From the NCBI GenBank assembly GCA_951406725.2, contig OX597818.1, positions 36,642,001 to 36,706,000 of the forward strand: a stretch of 64,000 nucleotides of DNA, written 5' to 3'. The stretch's first letter is position 1, and every line of letters begins with the position of its first letter. The stretch comes from Octopus vulgaris. Taxonomy: Eukaryota. A program made the position numbers and the translations under genes. Shown piece by piece: positions 12,527 through 26,769 of this stretch. The notes under the pieces are model-generated. The model did not search any database. It was not told the origin of the DNA and saw nothing but the letters and a program-made list of their open reading frames with translations.

Positions 12527-13239
12527 AAAAGGTGACAGAAAGGAAATAAAAGAAAAATAGCAAAGTTTTATATCCTCTATGTTTGAGGAACTGACTGCAG
12601 AAGATGGGAAACGTGAATCAACGTGAGCTTGCATACATAATCAGGAAGTATTAGAAGTGAGAAATTGGATACAGGAAGGAGAAAGGAAGAGATATGCATA
12701 GTGATCACGGCTGTTTTGATTTACATGTAGAAACATATAAACATTTCGTTGTATTTAACCACACATGCACGTCAACGGTGGTACTGGAGCACTTTGAAAA
12801 ATGAACAAAAAGTAGATAAATACATCATTAAGGTATTTATGACAATTGTGCTGTAAGTATATGATGTAAGGCCCGTCCAGATTTCCATTATTGTTACAAT
12901 GTTTATACATTCTTTTATGGGTAAGCTGTGTTGTCGATTAGAATGATGTCAGGACTGTAAACAGAACTGAATAAATACCACAGTATTAGGCAATATTCAT
13001 CATACTAGTGTATTACCCGTCCTATGACAAATAACTTAAAAAGCATGCTTTTGTCACTCTGTTTTATATCAAGTAATATGGCATATATACGTTAACTATC
13101 GTTTAACTTTTATCAAATTTGCCGTTCACTTAGCCTCTTTTTCCTTTCCCATGCTGGCTCTGTTAGTTTCCTCGCTTACTTTCTTCAATTTTGTATTTCA
13201 TAAAACAATAAGTTGACAAAATCTTTATTTTTTTTTTCT

Positions 13240-13639
13240 CTCTCTTTTACTTGTTTCAGTCATTCGACTGCGGCCATGCTGGAGCACCGCCTTTAGTCGA
13301 GCAAATCGACCACGGGACTTATTTTTTGTAAGCCCAGTACTTATTCTATCGGTCTCTTTTGCCGAACCGCTAAGTGACGGGGACGTAAACACACCAGCAT
13401 CTGTTGTCAAGCAATGCTAGGGGGACAAACACAGACACACAAACACACACACACATATATATATATACATATATACGACAGGCTTCTTTCAGTTTCCGTC
13501 TACCAAATCCACTCACAAGGCATTGGTCGGCCCGGGGCTATAGCAGAAGACACTTGCCCAAGATGCCACGCAGTGGGACTGAACCCGGAACCATGTGGTT
13601 GGTTAGCAAGCTACTTACCACACAGCCACTCCAGCGCCT
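13240..13639 (-). mobile_element. SINE family A, full length
   Basis: Reverse complement of family A from head to tail. Confidence 0.92.
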
Positions 13640-13958
13640 ATATATATATCAAGTGTATATATCAAGTGTATATATCAAGTGTATATAAAACCTTTATATA
13701 CACTTGAGTAACGTTCATTTCTCTCGATAATATATTCCAAGCATTGTAAATATGATGTGCTTGCTTAGAGATGGTATATAAGTTGTTTAGATTGATTTAA
13801 TTTTTAACAAAACAATAATTCCTTTTAGCTGGAAAGGAAAAGCAAATTCTGAAAAAAATAGTGTTTACTGATGTTATATTTTCGTATTCAGAATTCGGCA
13901 ATAGAAAGATTTTACATGCCGTAACAATATATCGGTTGCTCTTAAGTCACGTGATAGG

Positions 13959-14013
<55 letters not shown>

Positions 14014-14147
14014 TTCTCTCTCACACACATACACACACACACTCTCAGTCTCTCTTCTTTCTCTCTATCTCTCTCTCTCTCTCTCTGTAACGATCGTTAA
14101 CTCATTTGCCCACCAATTACTGATCCAGCATGTTATATCTCTTTCCC

Positions 14148-14190
<43 letters not shown>

Positions 14191-14491
14191 TCCTCCCTTT
14201 CTCTCTTTCTCTGTGCCTGTGAGTATGTCTGTGTGTGTCTCTCTCTTCTAATTTTCTCCCCTTTTCCTTATACGACTTAAAGCGTGGGGAAATCATTCAA
14301 CCAGCCAACCAACCAACCAACGTTTATATATATATATACATCGATTATTATTATACAGAGATATTTTATTTTTTCATTTTTTTAAAATGAATATTTTGAA
14401 GGAAATGCGCATACAAACTGCAACGGGTTCCATTGTTACTTTGTAAGACAGCTAAAATTTCTAAAATTTAAATGCGAATTAATTATATTGT

Positions 14492-14866
14492 TTACCAACC
14501 ATATGGTTCCGGGTTCAGTCCCACTGCGTGGCACCTTGGGCAAGTGTCTTCTATTATAGCCTCGGGCCGATCAAAGCCTTGTGAGTGGATTTGGTAGACA
14601 GAAACTGATAGAATCCCGTCGTATATATGTATATCTGTGTGTGTGCATGTGTGTGTGTTTGTATGTCTGTATTTGTCCCCCAACATCGTTTGTCAACCGA
14701 TGCTGGTGTGTTTACGTCCCCATAACTTAGCGGTTCGGGAAAAGAGACCGATCGAATAAGTACTAGGCTTACAAAGAATAAGTCCTGGGGTCGATTTGCT
14801 CGACTAAAGGCGGTGCTCCAACATGGCCGCAGCCAAATGACTGAAACAAGTAAAAGAGTAAAAGAG
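14492..14866 (+). mobile_element. SINE family A, slightly 5' truncated
   Basis: Matches family A. Confidence 0.9.
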
Positions 14867-15459
14867 TATGTGTTAGCGCATACGTTGTTGATTATTTTCC
14901 ATGTAGATGGTGCCCTCTGTCGTTGTTGGTGCTTAATTTGAATTTCATGAACACCAGATTGGTACATATGAATTAAATTTCTTTAATGAAATACCTTCTT
15001 ACAACTGATTGATATTGATTTAAGACATTTACGCTGTAATTTATGTATTTTTGGCTCCTATGGGTAACATCACTTTGGTGTCATGATTCCAACCAGTACT
15101 GAATAATGTTGTTGCAATGGGAATTTTTCTTTCGAAACATAATGTCCAGGTGAGATTTATAGTTTTGAGAAATGCTAACCTAGGATTGAGTATTTACTTC
15201 AATGTTCTTCAGGTGTTCTTGCATGGAAGTATAATTCAATAGTAAAAATAATGTATTCTTTGTAAAATCTCAGTATGAAATGAGAGTAGTAAGTATACTA
15301 ACAAGTAAAGTTAATCACCACACCAATATAACAGTTCAATGATACTACTGTTTTAATCTCAGTCAGATCTTCCGCTAACTGTTTATAGATGCAGCCTGCA
15401 CCCTGTATTTATGCTGCAAACAGGGGAGTGAACCCCTACCACCAGCAGATAATGGGATC

Positions 15460-15505
15460 GCGAGCCTGTCTCACTTTCGAGCTGGTTTTGCTCATCCTCA
15501 GTCGC
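15460..15505 (-). ncRNA. Degenerate type I hammerhead
   Basis: Minus strand: gcga-CTGAGGA-t-gagc-aaaacca-gctc-GAAA-gtgagacaggc-tcgc; stem III is two substitutions away from a perfect ACTG/CAGT-C. Confidence 0.5.
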
Positions 15506-17303
15506 TAGAGAGATGGTCAGAGTCCGCTCCAGCAGACAATATATTGACCAGAATAGTCTACACGTACAATAAAAAAAAACTGTCATTCAAAATATGTGGA
15601 AGTATTGATTTATAATAAAGAATGGTAAGCAAAAATTCAAAGCAATATGGTAAAACAGGTGAAAGATTCACTGAAATACACCTGGAAACCTTCGCACAGG
15701 AGAGGTACAAATCTACCATATGGCAGGATCAGGGTAAAGCACGGCTCCAATCACCATCCATTCCGATTTCCTTTTGCTTATCGAGTCCTCCTTATTTAAT
15801 TGTGAGTATCTTTGGTCGTGGTTGAACCATAAAATGACCCATATCTTCTGGCTAGAGACTATCTTTTAAGAGCAGCTAATATTCAAGTTCTAATTGTGAT
15901 TCAGTTACCACTTATTTTGTCTTCTTTTAAGTTCATTATCAAATACTATTAGCTATGCTAATTCCTTTGGATTACTGCGAAGTTCGGGCATTCTTTGTAG
16001 AAGCATCTCACCAAAAAGTATGCGCACTACTTGGAGGGGGGACTCCCAGCTTCTTTCTTGCCTTTAGTTCCGGCTAACCTTTACTCCTATCACTTTTTGC
16101 ATATCTCTAATAGCTTTTTTTCCTCATGGTTCCATCTACCCATCATCGCAAAGCGATAGAGTAAAGCTGCACTCCGTTGCTATTGCATGTACAGGATGTA
16201 GAGCACCTTCAGCACCCCGATGGGCTGCTTAGTCCTTTTTTCCTCTAATTCCTTCTTTGGTTACCCTCAAATATTGATACAGTTGCTACTGTGAAGACTA
16301 TTGTCTTCACTTCAGGGTCCTGGTTTTGTCGCCGCATCTTCTAATATATGATCTCCTTTCTTTTGCTGTCGCTATTTTTTCCTATTACTTACAATCCCTT
16401 TAGTAGCCTCCAGAACTTCACAAGCAACAACCAAGGTCTTCCACTCCGCATCATTTGTCCGATTGGCTTCTCCCTCGGTTTCATGTTGCGCTATTACACC
16501 GAACCAACTCTATGGATTTCAGAGACCACCAGAATCAAAATTTCATTTTGGCTGCATGCCGTGGTTCATCTCCGCAAGACGATGAACCAAGGTTCCAGGT
16601 CAGCATTCAATATTTCTGACTGTAACCCCATTTCAATTCCTACCCACGACCTGGGTTATTATCAGGTGGGCAAGTTTATAGCAAACGACATCAACATGTT
16701 TTCTCGTTTCGTCAATTTTAAGCACCGTGCTCTCTTTTCTATACGCCTGTTTCTGCCGGAGGATCTCACCTCCAGCCACACAACGACTACAGCTTTATCC
16801 AAGTCTACCTTCATGATATATGGAAACTCTTACAAAACGGATGTACGTTACGTTCCTCTTTGCTCTTACATTGATAAATTCCTCGATGAAGATGACACTT
16901 GATTTTGTGGCATACATCTTCCACATTTCTGTTGAATTGCAACTAATCCTTATCTACTTTTTCCCTTTGATTTGCAAAGCTCACAAGAGTTGCTGTTGGT
17001 ACCTTAGTTGCTTTCTATATTCTTTAGGCACTTTGTCTTTTTTCGGTTGACGTTTTTGCCTTTTATTATTGTTTATGCTTTCAAATTATCGTTATCAATG
17101 ATTGTTTGAAACTTTATTTCATCATAAAGTTCTTTAGGTTTTCTTGGATATCTGGCATTGTATTTACAAAAATTCAAGGGTGTACCGACTGCTTTGTTTG
17201 TTGTGGCTACCATCTCCTCCTTTTGTTGGTGAGAAATCTAAAAATAAAAGCAGAAAATATACATGTACGTATAGACACATACACACACACACGCACACAC
17301 ACT

Positions 17304-17348
<45 letters not shown>

Positions 17349-17488
17349 TACAGATACTCTCAAACATCCATTTAAATGTAACATTTACACATATATATAT
17401 CGATATATAAATGCATACATATACACATATTCATAGACAAATGTAGATATATATATATATATATATATATATACATGTCTATATGAGC

Positions 17489-17560
<72 letters not shown>

Positions 17561-17664
17561 GTGTGTGTTTATATGGATATGTACATACATATAATTCATA
17601 TACATATGTATATGTGTATGTATATATATATATACGTATATATATATGTATATATATATATATG

Positions 17665-17710
<46 letters not shown>

Positions 17711-17727
17711 CATATACATACACATAG

Positions 17728-17777
17728 CAAAAACTGTCTGATGAACGGCAACGAGAAACTCAGAGTAACAGATTTTG
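17728..17777 (+). ncRNA. Minimal type I hammerhead
   Basis: caaaaactgt-CTGATGA-a-cg-gcaa-cg-a-GAA-ACTC-a-GAGT-A-acagattttg. Confidence 0.7.
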
Positions 17778-17957
17778 TTGAATTTTCTGCTGCTTAAAAT
17801 AAAGTATATATATATATATATATATATAAATACGCTCATATAGACATGTATATATATATATCTACATTTGTCTATGAATATGTGTATATGTATGCATTTA
17901 TATATAGATATATATATGTGTAAATGTTACATTTAAATGGATGTTTGAGAGTATCTG

Positions 17958-18012
<55 letters not shown>

Positions 18013-18066
18013 CATATGCATATTTATATATACATACATGCATACATACATGCATACATACATACA

Positions 18067-18098
<32 letters not shown>

Positions 18099-18723
18099 CA
18101 TATGCACATGTAGACATACATTCACACATGCGCACGTGTGCACAAATGACATTTCCTTACATGAATACATACATATCTGCGCACACTTTTGTATGTGTAC
18201 ACGTTTGTGAATCAGCGGTGAATACCTGCGTGTTGGTTCGTAGTGAGTAAGCCAGAAAGAGTTCTAAATTTAAAATAAGCTTTGGAATCCGTCTTCGTGC
18301 TAATTCTTTTGGCCATTGAAAAACGCTTTTAATCATCACTTGATGTAAAAGAACGAAACGGATATAATACCTGGCCTTATCGTCTATACATTAGCCATCT
18401 GTATAGCAGCTACATACGCAGCAATAATAATATAAACTAAAAGAAAAACTTAATATTTAATAGGCAGTAGTGAATCATATCTATAAAATGTTGCTATTTA
18501 ACTTAGGGTGTCTGCTGCTACTGGCACACAAAAAATATGTAGGTAACAAGTTCTTGAATCTCAGATATAGATAAGCTACGGTTTACTGGGAAGAAATAAC
18601 TATTCGCCTCGTATTTGAGTAGGCGTAACATGAATGAGAAGAATAGTCACTTCCGGTGCGAACGACCGAACTGAATAAGTAGCACAGATGAATATAAGTA
18701 AGCAAGATGCTGTAAATTTGGGG

Positions 18724-18778
<55 letters not shown>

Positions 18779-19657
18779 ATGTATAAAACTAGGTCATGTC
18801 TATTGCTGTTTGTAACGTAGAGTTCACTTGGACTATTTCTGTTCTGAACAGGTGTTGTGTTAATTTAGACTTTGTATATAGACATAGTGTTTCAAATCTA
18901 TTAAATGTACGGTTAAATGGGACGCTCGGGGCCCTTTATCTCAAGTGGAACAATTGACGTAATTGAAATGATTGATTGAAGTCACTTAATTGTAAACAAA
19001 TGGCAAATACTTTTCATCTAGCGAAAAATAAATATATATTAAATCTATTAAATCTATTACACATGGATAGAGGCGAAATTATGTTACTATGGTTGCTGTT
19101 ACTGTTGATGTTGTTGTTGTTGTTGTTTTAGTTGTTCTTTAGTAGCGTGTAAGGTTTGATCAAGCAAACCTGTTTTTCTTATGATTTTCTTTCACATGTT
19201 TCAGTCATTTGACGGCAGCCATGTTGGAGCACTACCTCAAAGGGTTTTAGTCGAACAAATCGACACCAGAACTTACTATATTTAAGCCTACTACTTATTC
19301 TATCGGCCTCTTTGTCGAACTACTAAGTTACAGAGACATAAACACGTTATGATGTATTTTGCCCTGCGGATTGATAATACCTCATTATTTGTTTTATATA
19401 TATATAGGGTATTGGATTTTTACAAATTTACTACCAGTGACGTAGCATGCATAAAAAGTCAATAGACGACATATTATTCAATATAAAATAGTGTACATTT
19501 AAACACAAAGAGAAATTACCTAAAACGGGCAATTTCTACACGACAGAAGCCCACAAAAAAATGTATACGTATATATATGTGCATGTATATATATTATATA
19601 TACATACACACACCTATATTTATATACACGCACACATACATAAATATATATATATAT

Positions 19658-19694
<37 letters not shown>

Positions 19695-19748
19695 TAAATA
19701 TATATATATTTATACATACATATATATATATGCATATATATATGTATG

Positions 19749-19814
<66 letters not shown>

Positions 19815-20321
19815 TGTGTGTGTGTGTTAGCCAATTCCTTCTATATTACGTGCCACCAATTCCCAATTCCAGATAGATCTATCTTTAATCATGAAAATAG
19901 AAAGGGAGAGTCAGAGAATCAGAGAGAAAAGAGGACAACGATGATGAGGAGGAGGAGGAGGAGAAGGAGAAGGAGGAGAGGAAGAGGAGGAGGAGAAGGA
20001 GAAGGAGGAGAGGAAGAGGAGGAGGAAGGAGGACGATGTGCATCAGCAGCAGGAGGAAGAAGAGGAGCAGGAAGAGCAGGAGGGGGGGATTCTACAGTTC
20101 TACAGAGATGGGAGATAAAGCGGAGGGAGGATATAAAGAAGTCGATGGAAGGGTGCTGATGTTCTTGTCTGTGATCATGATGGTGATGATGATGATACTC
20201 GTGAGAATGATGGTAAGTTGTTGGTGCTACTGGCTGTTCTGCTGGGTAGTATTTATTGTTGACGCTATTGCCGTGCACAGACAGAATTATTTAGAGCATC
20301 GGAATAAAATGTTGTGCGGTG

Positions 20322-20550
20322 TGGCGAGCTGGCAGAAACGTTAGCACGCCGGGCGAAATGCGTAGCCGTATTTCGTCTGCCGTTACGTTCGGAGATCAAA
20401 TTCTGCCGAGGTCGACTTTGCCTTTCATCCTTTCTGGGCCGATAAATTAAGTACCAGTTACGCACTGGGGTCGATATAATCGACTTAATCCGTTTGTCTG
20501 TCCTTGTTTGTCATCTCTGTGTTTAGCCCCTTGTGGGTAGTAAAGAAACA
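20322..20550 (+). mobile_element. SINE family B
   Basis: Full match to family B. Confidence 0.9.
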
Positions 20551-20624
20551 GGTACTACTTCTGGCTCTTTATGTTCTGATTGTAAATCTCACTTTGACTT
20601 TCAGGGTCAATAAAATAATATACA

Positions 20625-21178
20625 TCGATCCCAATCCTCAACTGGTACTTAATGTATCGACCCCAAGAAGATGTAAGGTAAAGTCGATCTCGGCGGAATT
20701 TGAACTCAGAACGTAGAGACGGGCGAAATACCGCTAAGCATCTCGTCCAGCGTGCTAACGATTCTTATTTCTTTGTTGCCCACAAGGGGCTAAACATAGA
20801 AGAGACAAACAAGGACAGACAAACGGATTAAGTCGATTACATCGACCCCAGTGCGTAACTGGTACTTAATTTATCGACCCCGAAAGGATGAAAAGCAAAG
20901 TTGACCTCGGCGGAATTTGAACTCAGAACGTAACGGCAGACGAAATACCTATTTCTTTATTACCCACAAAGGGCTAAACACAGAGGAGACAAAGAAGGAC
21001 AGACAGACGGATTAAGTCGATTATATCGACCCAATGCGTAACTGGTACTTATTCAATCGACCCCGAAAGGATGAAAGGCAAAGTCGACCTCGGCGGAATT
21101 TGAACTCAGAACGTAGCGCCAGACGAAATACCGCTAAACATTTTGCCCAGCGTGCTAACGTTTCTGCCAGCTCGCCGC
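20625..21178 (-). mobile_element. SINE family B trimer
   Basis: Units joined at aaagaaatag|gtatttc and aaagaaataag|aatcgttagc (minus strand). Confidence 0.88.
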
Positions 21179-21186
21179 CATCATAA

Positions 21187-21559
21187 TAACAAGAGAACTC
21201 AGAGAGTACAAAATTCCGCCAAGCCAACACCAACATCCTCTCAATGATTAGCCGGAAATGATTTTTAAAATGAGAATATCTGAAATAGACTCGACTACTC
21301 CAACAAACGAGAATACTAAAAATGAGCCCGACCGCTCTAAAAAATTAAGTAAAAGACAAAACGAAAAAATAATCTAGAATCCTTGCCTGGGATCCGATCG
21401 ACCCCAAAATTTAATCAGTTTATGCCAGTAACAAGGCCAAACTTTCCTAAAAGTTTCATCTGAATCCATTCAGTGGTTCTTGGGTGATCTTGTCCACGGT
21501 CAAACAAAGAAACATTTTAAAAGGGAGTTTGAATACCTTCGCTAAGGCGGATGTAATAA
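21187..21559 (+). mobile_element. Helentron-associated non-autonomous (HINE/DINE-like) element
   Basis: aacaagagaactcagagag start, subterminal IR tccgcc(aag) / aaggcggat near the 3' end, aagtttcat..atcca..(caaa) core typical of such elements. Confidence 0.5.
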
Positions 21560-22081
21560 TCCTTTATACAATAGGCATAAGGCCTGGAATTTGGGGTATG
21601 ATAGGTGAAGTCGATTCAACTGACCCCAATACTCCACTGGTACTTAATTTATCGACCTCGAAAAGATGAAAAGCAAAGTCGACCTCGGCAGAATTTGAAC
21701 TCAGAGCGTGCAGACGGGCGAAATGCCGCTGAGCATTTATGCCGGTATGCTAACGATTACTGGTACCGATGGTGTTAATTTACGAACTCCACCCTAACTG
21801 AGCACAACTGGCCTCGTGCCTAAATCAGAAATAATTATAGCAATTATTATTAAAGCGGTTAACTGGCAGAATCGATAGCATACCGGGACGAAACGCTTAG
21901 CTGTATTTCGCCCGTTGCTACGTTCTGAATTCAAATTCCACCGAAGTCGACTTTACCTTTCACCTTTTCGGGGTCGATAAATTAAGCACCAATTTAGTAC
22001 TGGTATCTAAGTAGTCGACTTAGCCCTCCCACCAAATTTTAGGCTTTGTGCTTATGATAAATAGGATTCTTCTTCTTCATC

Positions 22082-22122
<41 letters not shown>

Positions 22123-22185
22123 GCTATTATTTTTCCTTATTTCTTCAATTTTTTTTCATCATCATTATTATTATTATTGCTTTGC

Positions 22186-22901
22186 GCAGCTTCTAACGTT
22201 GGAGATGTACTATTTTGTCAGCTGTTCACTACCAGTGAACTAAGGTAACACCACGTATTTTTCGAACAAATTCCAAAGTATTCGGACGGTTCCAAGCAAT
22301 GCTATTTTCTGCAAGTGCTCCACCCTTATGCAGCCCCTATTTGTTCCACGTACTTCTCGAGACTTTTGCTTACTGTTCCCAGGGCTCCCACAATTATTTT
22401 TCATCGACCACAACTGCTTAACTTCCCAAGTTAACCTGTCATATCTCTCGACATTTCTTTCTTCTTTATCGCATACTTTGTTGTCAGCTGGGCATGCAAT
22501 ATCTATGATCCAGCATAGTTTGTTTTCTTTCTCAATTAAGACTATTTCTGGTTTCCTATTCTCTATTTCATAGTCGCACTGAATCATAAAATCCCATAGG
22601 ATCTTTGCATTTTTATTTTCAACGATGCATTCGGGTTTGTTGTCGGACCAATGTTTTGCTCTGTCAAGTTCAATCTTGTTGCGAAGTGTCCAATGGGCAA
22701 ACCTGGGTATATTGTCGTGGTGTCCCTTATATTCCTTCTGGGCTAGTGGCGTACATTGGCTGGTAATGTGCCATACGATTTCACATCTTTGTCCACAGAA
22801 TCTGCACTTACCACTTTCTGATGTGTTGTCTATTCTGTATTTTATATAGTTTATCCTTAGTGATTGCTCTGGGGCAGGACAGATTAGAGCCTCCGTTTCA
22901 G

Positions 22902-22902
<1 letters not shown>
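22186..22902 (-). pseudogene. 5'-truncated R4/Dong-like non-LTR retrotransposon (CCHC + REL endonuclease)
   Basis: Minus-strand translation gives CRFCGQRCEIVWHITSQC (CCHC) and KILWDFMIQCDYEIENRKPEIVLIEKENKLCWIIDIACP (PD-D/ExK-type); flanked by (TAA)n on both sides. Confidence 0.88.
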
Positions 22903-22958
<56 letters not shown>

Positions 22959-22976
22959 TTTATTGTTATTATTATT

Positions 22977-23470
22977 GAGTGAGAGAGGAGTGCATGCCAT
23001 CAAAGTGGAACTGGGGTAAAATATATGAAGCCCAGTATACCCATCATGACTACCCGTCTGCTAAGGGTACACTAGGCACATGCATCACAACCATATGAGC
23101 ACGACATGGTGATCTCATATCAAGATAAACAGCACATGAACTTGCAGGTGGGGTCCAGTTAGAGTTTTCTTCTTGTTGAGTAATCCATCCCGCTCAAAAG
23201 GTCCCTGAATAAGGGTTGTTCAAGGATGTTGAACGGAACACCCATGTTTCCAGAGGTGAATTATTCAAACCCCAAAGAATCCCTCTCAATACATGACTAT
23301 GATTGCCCCCTCCTACTTCTGCTCGTCATCAGAGATGCACATATCATCAGCCACTAAGGGACATGCTCAACTGGTTACGGTCAAAGAACTGACAAGCAAA
23401 TCTGTGGTATTGAGCAGAATATTTGCTGTAGCCTATGTATTATACCAAGACAAAACAATGTACATGCTGT
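22977..23470 (-). mobile_element. Non-coding ~560-bp (TAA)n-associated repeat E, partial copy
   Basis: Matches 27741-28309 and 28434-28987; strand inferred from (AAT)n tail polarity. Confidence 0.85.
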
Positions 23471-23559
23471 AACACATCTTTTGTATTCTTAATTATTATT
23501 ATTATTATTATTATTATCATTATTATTATTAAGGCGCCAAGCTGGCAGAATCGTTAGCA

Positions 23560-24960
23560 CCCCTGACATTTTTTCTGCTCGTATTTTGTAGCTACATGTT
23601 TTAACTTTCCATCGTTGTTTGATAAATATTTTGTAATCCAGCATTTGGTATTTTATGATAGTATTCTAACGGCAGATGGCCTTTTCATACTTTATTCACA
23701 GTAAACATAATCTTCCTGCATCAGATTTTGGGTGGTATATTCTAAATGTGGTCAATATTTTTCTTGTTTTACTTTCTAGCACAGCTAGTTTATTTTACAC
23801 TAACTTATTATTTAGCTTTAACTTATCATTGGGACTACTACAGTATTGGGGCCTGTTATCTTGTTTTTTACATTGGGCTCTGTTTTAAGTATTAATCGGC
23901 TGTATCTATAATATTCCTTCCTGATCTTTTCTTTCATTTGTGCACGTTTTACTTTAGCTAATTCATTACTTGTAGCTATCTATATGTCTGTGTTTTATCT
24001 AATTCTTTTATCTCCATTTCTTTATCTAACATAATATTATTGCTTTTAATTAATTTTCCACTCTTTTAAGGTTGTCTTGGCACATTTTTTAAAATCGATT
24101 CATATATCATTTCGTCTAGAATGTCTACTGTCTGTAGCAGTGTTTCTACTTGTTTATCATCTGCGGTGAACATTCTGAGGCTGGCCAAATAGAAAAGGTG
24201 GTTATTTGGCACTTTGTCTTACTACCCGTTTCTGTGTTCGTAATGTGTGCGCAACATTTAGTTTTCTGGATGTAAAATTGTATTTGCTCACTATATCGGT
24301 TTTGCTTTGTTGTGAAATTTCTTTTGTTTATCTCTAATATCATTTTATGTTTAGACAGTTGTGAAGTACATGTGCGATATGAGCTGTGTTATTTTGTTGT
24401 ACGGTGCAGGTGATTTATATATGCCGTGTGATTGGAGTTATGCACTTTAGCGTCGGGTGTAAATTTTGTGCTGCTACAGAATTGAAAGCTTATTGCTTGG
24501 GATATCGCCTGTGCCTAACGGGGTTATATTTGGACTCTGCGTAAAGTCCTAATCCATGACATCAATATTATCTGTTATTTCTTCTTTTATCACAATAGTC
24601 ACTATTATCACAATAGTCACTAGTATTGCCCATATTTTCATGCTTCACATCGTGTTTGTTTCAGTTTTAAGATTCTTGTACTTTTACAGTTCCCAGTTCC
24701 TTTTGGGCAATATTTGGGTCAGATGAAATTGTAATGTCTATCCGTAACATTTTGTTTTCAGCTTTGATAATTATATCTGGACAGCCTGCATTGGTATCCT
24801 TTCAGTCTGGACAAACATATTCTAGATTATTGCAGCCAAATAGTTGCCATCTAAGATTTTTTGTATATATTTATAACACTTTTTTGCTCGTAAATTTGTT
24901 GGCATATTGCCCAGTGGTCATAGTTGCCGACACGTTCGACTCCGAGAATATACGCTTTTC
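23560..24960 (-). pseudogene. Old R4/Dong-like fragments (RT thumb and REL endonuclease)
   Basis: Minus strand: LESKTRKILTTFRIYHPKSDAGRL (~23700-23780) and CPDIIIKAENKMLRIDITISSDPNIAQKE (~24700-24785). Confidence 0.6.
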
Positions 24961-26458
24961 AGTTATAATAATTTTGCTACAAGGATATACCACTGTTTGG
25001 TGGGAGCGATTACAGTCAATCATATCGACTCCAGTATTTGCCTGATGTTTTATCGATCCAGGAAGGTTGAACGGTGGTGGTATTCTGATTAATACCACAT
25101 GCTATTTCATCCTCCCACCTTACGAATTCTGCTAAGCCATCACTCTTCTTTCTTCGTTATATGAACGAAATATTGCTTGTAAGTGACATCTCAAGTCTCT
25201 CACCAAAAAATGTAAAGAATACTAGAATATATACTAGAATATATTTAATTTCTATTGATAGGAGTAAGAGTAGAAAGAACAACTACAGCAGTATGAAGAA
25301 CAATAAGGACTGAAATGTTTTTCCTTGTGATGTGGAACTTGTGTGATGGTTTCGACGCTTACAGCATTATTATCATATTCAAAATTATGTTCCCTACAGC
25401 AGTACCAATGGTAGATTTCAACAATTCAAAATAGAATATTGTCAACATAGAAAAATAAAATTAACGGATGAGATATTTTCTTTTTGTTGTTTTAATTATC
25501 ACTTTTCACTAGTGAACCAACCGCACGCATCATTAGCGGTCTTAGTGACAACAATGTTTGCCTATATGATTGATGAGAAACTGATTGCAACCAAGTATAA
25601 CAAGCTGATGCCAACTTCGTTCTCATTTATAAATTTTACTCCAAATTGGTGCAACTTCACACCCAAATTGAAGAAAATTAAATAAGATTGTCAGAAGACT
25701 TATGAAGTGACAAGATGTGACTAAACATAATTAAATATAACTCTGAAGAAATTTAATAGAAACTATAATACGGCTACAAGGAACCAATTTTAAATGTACA
25801 CGCTACCGGAAACAAATGGTAAGCTAGTGTTATTTCAGCATGTTGGAATCTAACAAGACAACCACAACCATAAAGTAGAAAGAATTTGTAGTGACTAATT
25901 TAAGATATAAAACGGCCGATTAGCAATATTTTAATTCCTCTCTCTTTCGCTCTCTCAGAATCTTCTACGCTGAGTGTGAAAGGGTCACGTGGAACCACTC
26001 ACAGTCTCTTCTTCTCTTCTAAGAAATGGAATCAAAGTTGAGTTTAGAGATGGCAATTTCTTCTCAACTTGAATGCTACAGCAGTCGACAGTCTTATAAG
26101 TTAATTCATTCATAACAGAAAAAAATATTTTTTTATTAATGTTGTTTCATAATCATTTGTTAAAATGAAAAAAAAATTTTAAAAAATATTCTGGACTTCT
26201 TTCAGTCATTCAGAGATACCAGACTGAATGAACATTCAAGCAGACAAAGCTATGAAGCCAACAAATGTGATAGTATCAGAGATAAGGAAAAGTTTTACGA
26301 CAACATCTCCAACAGCGAGGCCTTTTAGTTTGGTGGTCGCATTACTCTCTTTTTAAACAATTGGCGATGTCTGTCGAATTGAATATAATGTACACAGTCT
26401 ACGAATTGTCAACCTTCGAATATGTGCATATTATATGCCTATATCGCATCGATTTGCG

Positions 26459-26537
<79 letters not shown>

Positions 26538-26554
26538 TTATTTATTTATATTTA

Positions 26555-26587
<33 letters not shown>

Positions 26588-26626
26588 TATATTTATTTAT
26601 ATATATATATATATATACACTCACAT

Positions 26627-26669
<43 letters not shown>

Positions 26670-26674
26670 GTGAC

Positions 26675-26719
<45 letters not shown>

Positions 26720-26769
26720 AATTAATTTTATTATTATTACTATCCTCTTCTTTCAATTTTGTTTCCTTT

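Noticed and set aside
16348-16902. 184-aa plus-strand ORF as a gene
   Set aside because: No recognisable motif; more likely the antisense shadow of a decayed minus-strand element.
23310-23355. Hammerhead in repeat E (two CTGATGA on the minus strand)
   Set aside because: No GAAA/stem III arrangement, and the second motif is not conserved in the other copies.
25741-25775. Hammerhead (CTGAAGA...GAAACTATAATA)
   Set aside because: Stems I, II and III do not pair convincingly; likely chance in AT-rich DNA.
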